64,000 nucleotides of DNA from Candidatus Daviesbacteria bacterium (GTDB taxonomy: Bacteria > Patescibacteriota > Microgenomatia > Daviesbacterales > UBA10151), in NCBI GenBank assembly GCA_028715175.1, contig JAQUSJ010000001.1:340550-404549 (forward strand), written 5' to 3'. Under the pieces are notes generated by a model. It did no database searches. It had not been told where the DNA came from and saw only the letters and a list, made by a program, of their open reading frames with translations. Positions 49,589-56,671 of this stretch are shown here, one piece after another (the stretch's first letter is position 1; each line of letters begins with the position of its first letter). Made by a program: the position numbers and the translations under genes.

Positions 49589-52500
49589 ATGAAGAAATCA
49601 ATTATTATCCCTCTGTTGTTCTTCCTGTTTTTGAGTGCAATATTAATATTTTGTTGGTTTAGGTTTGGACTGATGTATGGTGGGGGAGACACCGGTTTAC
49701 CTACATACAATCCTCTTTTTACAGCCACCAAGATTGCCAGTAATATCTGGTGGGACTCGTTGGCTCCGGGCATTCCGGTGGCTCAGGGATTAACCTCGGT
49801 TCCGATGCTTTTTCTCTTATCTATCCCCCAGGTATTGGGAGCAAGTCCTGTTGTTATCCAGGCATTGCTGTTTTTTGTGCTTCTTTTTTTGATGGGTTAT
49901 GGTATGCACCTTCTGGCTTTGAGTATTTTTGGGAAGCCTAATTATCTTTTAGCTATTTCAGCTGGAGTGTTCTATTTATTTAATCCTTATATGATGATTC
50001 AGATTTGGCACCGTTTTATTCACAATTCTATGTTTTTTGTGGCTTTTTTGCCTTTTTTGATAATGACTTGGCTATGGTGGATTAGAAAACGTAGTCCTGT
50101 ATGTCTATTATTATTCCTTCTGGTGAATTTTTTAGCTGTTTATGTATATGGAACGATTGCCTTTATAGTTCCTGTTTGGACACTGCTTTTTTTCTTAACT
50201 TTACTGGAAGGAGTGGTGCCCTGGAAAGGAAGGAAGAATGCCTTAAGGTTGCTTCTGGCTTTTTTAATTGGTTGTTTTTTTTGGCTGTTAACCAATAGTT
50301 GGTGGCTTATACCTACTTTTAGTGTAAGCCCAGCTCTATTTGCTTCAGTGCATACTACAGATGGCAGTTTAAATACTTTAATGTCGCTAAGTAATTCATC
50401 CATATTGCCTTACACCCTAAGACTTGTTAATCCTTTTTATCTTTACTGGCTTGCTGATTGGGGGAGCATCTATCAAAATCCAATTTTCCTGATCATATCT
50501 TGGTTGTTTGTACCGGTAGTATTTATTGGTTTTATCAGGGGTTTAAAACAGACACAATATGTGGTATGGAGTCTGCTTCTCTTGGTAGTAATTTATCTTT
50601 CCAAAGGAGCAGCTCCGCCCTTTAATTTTCCCTACATATGGGGATTCTCCCATTTTTTCCCCTTAGGAGTTATCAGGAATCCTTTTGAAAAGCTGGGAAT
50701 TATACTACCTCTTGTTTATGCAATTTTATTCTCCGTAGGGTTGCAATATTTGCTTATCACTTCAATCAAATTTATTGGTAAATCCAAAACCTATTTCCTT
50801 TTGATAATTTTTATTTGCCTCCATATGGCTTTTTTCTGGCCTATGTTTGCAGGGAAGTTATTTGGTACTATGGAGAAACAGAATTTTGTGGAAGTCCCCC
50901 CAAGTTATACGGAAGCCAATAATTGGATTAAACAGGACCTTTCAGGTACAGCGGAAGGTAGAATTTTACATTTACCACTCCCTAGGTCAGAAAGCGTTAC
51001 TTACAACTGGGGGTATGGCTACAACGGAGTAGAACCATCTGCCGCTATATTTACCGCACTGCCTTCCATAGCCAGGGGACTGGATATTCCCGGGGTCAAT
51101 GATGCTCTATCAGGACTTTCCCTTATATTTCATAAACCATATGCTGAAAATAATCAGTTTGTTATTTTAAAGATGCTGCAGGATTTTAATGTTAAATACA
51201 TTATTTTACATAAGGATATTGATTGGAAGAAAATGGTACTGGAGGATCCTGAGCAGGAACAAATGATTTTAGATGCTCTTTCTTATCTGGAGAAAAAAAG
51301 CATGTATGATAATTTGATTATTTATGAAGTTGTACCCGAACATTTCCAATCTAAAATTATTATTTCCGGTAATTTTGAATTAGCTTCATTAAATTCAAAT
51401 AGCACTATTTTTTGGCCCTGGATAATAGCAGATGTAAATAAAGATATGGTTACTGCTATAGATCAAAAGTCACAAACTCAGATTTTAGATAAAACCAAAG
51501 GTAAGATAATCTTTCCTACCCAAAGCTCTTTTTTCCGTCAAGAAAATCCTTTTTCAGGCATTAAGCATGTTACTCGATTTAATATCCCTGCCTCCGGTAC
51601 ATACGAGCTGGTATTAACCAATGCCTCAACCGGTGGTGCTTATCTAAATGGGTTTAATAAATTAGACGTGTTAATTGATGAGATGCAGAATTCTTTAACA
51701 GGGATTATTAAAGGTCAGTTGGTTTCATTTGGCAGCCTTAATCTTAATGCAGGTAACCATGAAATTATTTTTCTACCTCTGGAATCAATTAACTTATTCC
51801 CAAGTTTTAATTTAGTTCAAGCATCTGAAAATGTTAAATTATTAGATAATTCGACAATTCAGATTAGCGCTTCAGCAAAAAGTCTGCAATTTATCGCCGG
51901 GGAGCTTTTAAAAGTATACGGCGGGGATGCCTATAACATAAGTTTTGAATATAGATTCGCAGGGGAAAAGGGATTTTATCTTTTAATGGTACAGGATACT
52001 GACTTGGATAAAATGAATCCTGCGATTGCGGAATTGAATAAGCTCGAATCGGATAAATGGCAGCAATATAATAATATTTTCAACCCTCTTAGACTAAATA
52101 CTCAAAAATCAGCATTGGAGCTTGCCTTTAATCCGGAAACAAGCCAGCTTTTGGATACCCAGTCGACTTTGCAGATACGCAATATAAAAGTAGAGAGGCT
52201 ATTTAATAATCTGATTTTCCTAAGACAGGAAAGCACAGAGCAAAATAAAATTCTTAGTGGATTTTTGGATAATTATAAAAGAATAGATGTCGGACTTTAT
52301 GAGGGGAAATTAAAGGTAACTAAGCCGGTTTTGCTTATTTTTAAAGAAACATATCACCCGGGATGGAAACTTGAATTATCGGAAAATATCTCTCAGGGAA
52401 AGAAATTTAGAGTCGAAAACCATTATTTGGGAAACTTATATGCGAATGCCTGGTATATAGATAAATCCGGAGATTACAATTTTAAAATTATTTTTGAGCC

Positions 52501-52615
52501 TCAAAGTTATGTTAACTTAGGAATATTTACTGCAATATCTTCTTTGGTTGGAATAATTTTGTTAGAAGTTTATAACCACTTTGCCAAAACCCGTTCTCTT
52601 AGGGAGGGGATGTAG
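49589..52615 (+). CDS. Giant AftD/DUF3367-like GT-C membrane glycosyltransferase candidate (about 1008 aa), copy B of the duplicated pair
   Basis: Identical N-terminal domain to copy A through 'ILHKDI'. After that the ectodomain is only distantly similar, e.g. 'YNPLETETVLDNLDFLDRETTFGDLTIYKL' vs 'EDPEQEQMILDALSYLEKKSMYDNLIIYEV'. The C-terminal '...GDYNFKIIFEPQSYVNLG' + TM helix motif is conserved. I prefer the ATG at 49589; a TTG at 49583 is also in frame. Confidence 0.55.
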   Translation: MKKSIIIPLLFFLFLSAILIFCWFRFGLMYGGGDTGLPTYNPLFTATKIASNIWWDSLAPGIPVAQGLTSVPMLFLLSIPQVLGASPVVIQALLFFVLLFLMGYGMHLLALSIFGKPNYLLAISAGVFYLFNPYMMIQIWHRFIHNSMFFVAFLPFLIMTWLWWIRKRSPVCLLLFLLVNFLAVYVYGTIAFIVPVWTLLFFLTLLEGVVPWKGRKNALRLLLAFLIGCFFWLLTNSWWLIPTFSVSPALFASVHTTDGSLNTLMSLSNSSILPYTLRLVNPFYLYWLADWGSIYQNPIFLIISWLFVPVVFIGFIRGLKQTQYVVWSLLLLVVIYLSKGAAPPFNFPYIWGFSHFFPLGVIRNPFEKLGIILPLVYAILFSVGLQYLLITSIKFIGKSKTYFLLIIFICLHMAFFWPMFAGKLFGTMEKQNFVEVPPSYTEANNWIKQDLSGTAEGRILHLPLPRSESVTYNWGYGYNGVEPSAAIFTALPSIARGLDIPGVNDALSGLSLIFHKPYAENNQFVILKMLQDFNVKYIILHKDIDWKKMVLEDPEQEQMILDALSYLEKKSMYDNLIIYEVVPEHFQSKIIISGNFELASLNSNSTIFWPWIIADVNKDMVTAIDQKSQTQILDKTKGKIIFPTQSSFFRQENPFSGIKHVTRFNIPASGTYELVLTNASTGGAYLNGFNKLDVLIDEMQNSLTGIIKGQLVSFGSLNLNAGNHEIIFLPLESINLFPSFNLVQASENVKLLDNSTIQISASAKSLQFIAGELLKVYGGDAYNISFEYRFAGEKGFYLLMVQDTDLDKMNPAIAELNKLESDKWQQYNNIFNPLRLNTQKSALELAFNPETSQLLDTQSTLQIRNIKVERLFNNLIFLRQESTEQNKILSGFLDNYKRIDVGLYEGKLKVTKPVLLIFKETYHPGWKLELSENISQGKKFRVENHYLGNLYANAWYIDKSGDYNFKIIFEPQSYVNLGIFTAISSLVGIILLEVYNHFAKTRSLREGM
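49639..51219. repeat. Direct repeat copy 2 (1581 bp, identical to 45755..47335)
   Basis: See copy 1. Confidence 0.85.
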
Positions 52616-52689
52616 ACGAAGACAGGTTACCATTTGTGTTAAGGTGATGTGAAAAACCGCTTTTTGCTATACTTAATATAGCTGTAGTT

Positions 52690-54333
52690 ATGAAATCCTT
52701 CCGGTTATTTGTTATTTATCCTTGGCTTTTCCCCGCGATCATATTTACCATCCTCGTTCTTCTGGGTGCCAACATGCATCCACTGTGGGGTGATGAGGCA
52801 GAAACAGCACTTTTTGGAAGAAACGTCTTGAAATACGCTCTCCCAAAAGGATGGGATGGAGTGAATATCATGGGAATTTATGATGCAGTGGTTTTGGATA
52901 AGGATTTGATAAATCATACCTCTCCTTGGGTACAATATTACCTGGTAGCTATCTCTTTTAAGCTTTTTGGTGAATCTTCTTTTGCTGCCCGTTTACCCTT
53001 TATCATTTTGTCTATTCTATCCATTCCTTTAATGTATATTCTAAGTTTTAAACTTACTCAAAATAAGTTTATCTCATTTCTTACAGTTTTAATCCTATCA
53101 ATATCCGTACCCTTTATCCTTTTTGCATATCAGGCCAGGTATTATTCTGTTAGCTCTTTTGCAAGTATATTACTTGTTTTAGCTACACTGCATATTTTAG
53201 AGAAAAAGCTTTGGCCAAAGTTACTTTTTGTATTTGCTTCGGTTTTGTTTTTCTATGGAAATTATGTTTCTTTTCTGGCTTTTTATATATCACTATTTTT
53301 GAGCTTTTCCATTAATCTCTTGGTAAAAAAAGAATTCTTCATAAGAATTAAAAGATTCACTTTGCTTTTTTCAGGATTGAGTATCATCATAGCGGTTCTG
53401 ACAGCGCCCTGGTTTTTTATCCTTAAACCACTTGATTCCAGAGGTGAAATTATATTTCCTTCTTTTTTTAAGGCGGTAGTTAATCTTTTCTCTTTAGGGT
53501 TTTCTATGTATAACAACAATAATACTTTACCGTTAGGTTTTGCGATTTTTGTGGTGGCTTTCTTGATAGTCAAGATCTATAAGAAAAAACCTGATCCTGC
53601 TTTAACTTTTGTAGCACTTCTTTCGTTTTTCTTCCTTTTGACCATGGTTGTTTTTTCAACGATGGCCGTAGCGGACGCAAGGTTTATAGATAATCGTTAT
53701 ACAACTCCCGTATTTTATTTTATGTTTATTCTTTCAGCGTATATTATAAATGTCTTCTGGCAATGGAAAAAAATAATAGGGCTTTTGGTGCTCATTTTAT
53801 ATGCCGCTACTAATTTCTTTACTTTTCAACCTTTGAGGAGTTTCCCGCAGGAGTACTTACATGAACTAATTTATTCTTATCTTACCCCTGATAAAGTAGT
53901 GGCAGATTATTTAAAAAAGTATGCCAAAGATGGAGATACCGCCTTTGTCAATTTAGATCGCGATCATGAACCACTAATTTTTCACCTAAAAGATAAAATT
54001 CGCTTTGTTAACAGAGTAACTCCTACCAATCAGCGGATCTTCCCCGAAAATCTCAATATCATTCCCGAATATATTTACTCTTATCTTGATGAACCCGATT
54101 GGGTTATTTTATATAGCAAGAGGGGAAATGATAGAAGTTTTTTAACCTTTGGTTACAGGGGAGTTTTTCCCTTGGGACTTGCGCAAACTGTTGATTTAAA
54201 AAATCACTACGAAGAAATAGTACTGCCAGTATATTTTTCAGATTTATCACGGCCTGAGATAGACCTTCGGTCTTTTTCAGAAATAAAACCAGAGTATAAT
54301 GATCAAGTATTTATATATAAAAAAAGATCGTAA
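52690..54333 (+). CDS. ArnT/PMT-like GT-C glycosyltransferase (GT39/GT83-type, lipid-linked-sugar dependent)
   Basis: 547 aa polytopic protein. The first extracytoplasmic loop has 'WGDEAETALFGRNVLKY', matching the DE(A) catalytic motif of ArnT/PMT_2 families. Confidence 0.65.
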   Translation: MKSFRLFVIYPWLFPAIIFTILVLLGANMHPLWGDEAETALFGRNVLKYALPKGWDGVNIMGIYDAVVLDKDLINHTSPWVQYYLVAISFKLFGESSFAARLPFIILSILSIPLMYILSFKLTQNKFISFLTVLILSISVPFILFAYQARYYSVSSFASILLVLATLHILEKKLWPKLLFVFASVLFFYGNYVSFLAFYISLFLSFSINLLVKKEFFIRIKRFTLLFSGLSIIIAVLTAPWFFILKPLDSRGEIIFPSFFKAVVNLFSLGFSMYNNNNTLPLGFAIFVVAFLIVKIYKKKPDPALTFVALLSFFFLLTMVVFSTMAVADARFIDNRYTTPVFYFMFILSAYIINVFWQWKKIIGLLVLILYAATNFFTFQPLRSFPQEYLHELIYSYLTPDKVVADYLKKYAKDGDTAFVNLDRDHEPLIFHLKDKIRFVNRVTPTNQRIFPENLNIIPEYIYSYLDEPDWVILYSKRGNDRSFLTFGYRGVFPLGLAQTVDLKNHYEEIVLPVYFSDLSRPEIDLRSFSEIKPEYNDQVFIYKKRS

Positions 54334-54476
54334 TTTTAAGCTTGGAATTGACCCTTGTGTGTAATAATTAGTACACTGAAGCTATAAATATTATCAAAAG
54401 TTATAAGTTATTAATAATAGTCCTATTTGTTGCTGCTATATTACGACTTTGGAATTTAGGAGGTATACCTCCCCAT

Positions 54477-55955
54477 TTGAGAAACGATGAAGCATCTTTT
54501 GGATATGATGCATATTCAATCTTAAGTACCGGAAGAGATCAACACGGTGAATTTTTACCAATTCTTTTTAAATCATTCGGTGACTTCAAACCTGGTTTTT
54601 ATATTTATTTGACAGTACCTTTTGTAGCTATGCTGGGATTGAATGAATGGGCAATCAGGTTGCCTGCTGCAATATCAGGAATACTAGGTGTTTATCTCTT
54701 GTATCTAGTAGTGTGGAATTTATTCAAAAATCAGAAAATTGCTTTAGCCTCTGCTTTTTCCTTATCAATCTCTCCTTGGCATATAGCTTTTTCCAGAGGT
54801 GCCTGGGAAGCTCAAGTGACTGTAACCTTAGTTTTAGCCGGGCTATTATTTTTTATAAAAGCTTTAAATCAAAATAACAAGTATCTAGTATTCTCAACTG
54901 GATTTTTTGGGGTAAGTCTTCTAATGTCTCACGGAGCAAAACCAGCAATTCCACTTTTACTGTTGTCATTTCTACCGGTTTACTGGAAAAAGATTATAAA
55001 AATCCCCTTTAGAATAGTATTACTTAGTAGTTTTTTGTTCATTATGTTGTCTTTACCCATTATTTTTTCCTTTTTTAATGGTAAAAGCACTCGTGTGGCT
55101 TTCTTATTGTTTACGAATAAATATCAAAATGCAAAGGTTGAAACGATAGCTCGTGATTTTTTAAATAATTGGTCTAATCACTATAGTTTGCCAATTTTAT
55201 TTATTAAAGGAGATGGTAATCCTCAACATTCTGCTGCCGACTTTGGTGCGTTTATTACTTTAGATATTGTATTTCTATTTTTAGGTTTAAAAACTCTTGT
55301 CAATTTTAAAGATGTAAAAGGAGAAGCTAAAGTTTTCATACTTATCCTGTTGATTTTAGCTCCCTTATCATCAACACTTACTTCAGAAGGCGTTAATTTT
55401 GAGCGTTACTTAATGTTTTTCATACTCATAAATATTATCCTTGGTCTAGGAATAAGCAATTTTAAAAGGAATCTGTTTTGGGGAATATTTTTGTTACTTT
55501 ACCTTTTCTCTTTTTTACTTTTTCTTGATGCTTACTTTATTCATACTTCTGCAAAAAACGGCGCTTGGCAAACTGGTTATAAAGAGATTGTTCAATTCAT
55601 CACACCAATACAAGAAAATTTTCAAAAAATATATATACCTCAAGGAGGTGACCAGCCTTATATTTTTTTCCTGTTGTATCAAAGGTATTCTCCTGAAAAG
55701 TTTCAAGCTTTTTCAGCTTCTGTGAATATTCCCAATGGTTCAGGTACAGGGATGGATTATATTTCTAAATTAGATAATATTGAATTTGTCGACCTTAATA
55801 AGTTCAATCCACCCTTAAATCAATCGTTTCTTATCGTATTGCCTGTAAATAATACTTACAAATTTGAAGGTTTTCTAAAATCTATACATGGAGTCAAAGA
55901 CCCGATTGGATTTCCAATATATAAGATTGATGAGTATGTTCCTAAAAGACTATGA
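54477..55955 (+). CDS. ArnT/PMT-like GT-C glycosyltransferase; N-terminus probably longer than annotated (non-canonical or eroded start)
   Basis: 'LRNDEASFGYDAYSIL' DEA motif. The in-frame upstream sequence encodes the expected first TM helix + 'LRLWNLGGIPP' but has no ATG/GTG/TTG before the stop at 54369-71. Confidence 0.6.
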   Translation: MRNDEASFGYDAYSILSTGRDQHGEFLPILFKSFGDFKPGFYIYLTVPFVAMLGLNEWAIRLPAAISGILGVYLLYLVVWNLFKNQKIALASAFSLSISPWHIAFSRGAWEAQVTVTLVLAGLLFFIKALNQNNKYLVFSTGFFGVSLLMSHGAKPAIPLLLLSFLPVYWKKIIKIPFRIVLLSSFLFIMLSLPIIFSFFNGKSTRVAFLLFTNKYQNAKVETIARDFLNNWSNHYSLPILFIKGDGNPQHSAADFGAFITLDIVFLFLGLKTLVNFKDVKGEAKVFILILLILAPLSSTLTSEGVNFERYLMFFILINIILGLGISNFKRNLFWGIFLLLYLFSFLLFLDAYFIHTSAKNGAWQTGYKEIVQFITPIQENFQKIYIPQGGDQPYIFFLLYQRYSPEKFQAFSASVNIPNGSGTGMDYISKLDNIEFVDLNKFNPPLNQSFLIVLPVNNTYKFEGFLKSIHGVKDPIGFPIYKIDEYVPKRL

Positions 55956-56446
55956 AAAAAGTTTTCATCTATATCATTTTAATTTTTACCATTTTATGGC
56001 TGATTCTATTTTTATTTGCTTATAAGCGAAGCTTGAACGAAAACTATCAATTTAGTGCCGATACTATATGGAAGATAGAACAACAAAGAAGAGAGCACAC
56101 CTACCTATTCCCATTTGTTGCAAAATTTATTCATAATAAAGGCTTCTATTTTAGTTATACGGTTTTTGAAAACTATTTATCTTATTATTCTCCATCAATC
56201 TTTTTCTGCTGCAATCAACCTCTAGTGCTAGAGTTAGTAATTTTACTAATGTTCTATGGGGGAGCTTTTATACTTCTGCGGGAAGTTTCAAAACTAGTCA
56301 AGGCAATTCTATTTTGGATTTTAGCGTATCCTATTTTTCTTTCTTTGATGTTATGGCCACCGTCGCTTGTGTTAGCGCTTCCGATTATTATTCCTGCATC
56401 AGGAATTTTGGTATACAGCCTGTATAAAGAAATAAAGTTCAAATAA
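55952..56446 (+). CDS. Small polytopic membrane protein (164 aa) of unknown function
   Basis: Hydrophobic ORF coupled (ATGA) to the upstream ArnT-like gene. Confidence 0.4.
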   Translation: MKKVFIYIILIFTILWLILFLFAYKRSLNENYQFSADTIWKIEQQRREHTYLFPFVAKFIHNKGFYFSYTVFENYLSYYSPSIFFCCNQPLVLELVILLMFYGGAFILLREVSKLVKAILFWILAYPIFLSLMLWPPSLVLALPIIIPASGILVYSLYKEIKFK

Positions 56447-56497
56447 ACCCTACAACATATACTAAACTGTATATCAAAATGTAATATAATCTCTTAG

Positions 56498-56671
56498 ATG
56501 AAACTTTTAAGCAAGCACATTTTTTTAATAGGATTATTTTTTGTTTTATTAAGCGGTCTATTCATTCTTTTAAATCACTCGGGATTTGCATTAAGATTTT
56601 TAGGTTTTTCATTTTGGATTATGGCAGGAGGGACGTTACTCTATATACTAGAGTTAAAAAATGAAAGGTAA
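56498..56671 (+). CDS. Unlisted small ORF (57 aa, 2 predicted TM helices)
   Basis: Reads ATG at 56498 ... TAA at 56669-71 and overlaps the start of the next gene by 11 nt. TATAAT-like box at 56485-90. Below the ORF-track length cutoff. Confidence 0.25.
   Translation: MKLLSKHIFLIGLFFVLLSGLFILLNHSGFALRFLGFSFWIMAGGTLLYILELKNER

Noticed and set aside
45866-50403. Identical small ORFs listed twice (45866..46057 = 49750..49941; 46217..46414 = 50101..50298; 46256..46519 = 50140..50403; 46963..47148 = 50847..51032; 45647..45889 and 49573..49773)
   Set aside because: They are not genes. They are alternate-frame shadows of the 1581-bp duplicated segment, but they conveniently confirm that the repeat is exact.
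45755-51219. Possibility that the 1.58-kb direct repeat is an insertion sequence or transposon
   Set aside because: The repeated segment encodes the membrane domain of the host glycosyltransferase gene itself. No transposase, integrase, terminal inverted repeats or target-site duplications are evident.
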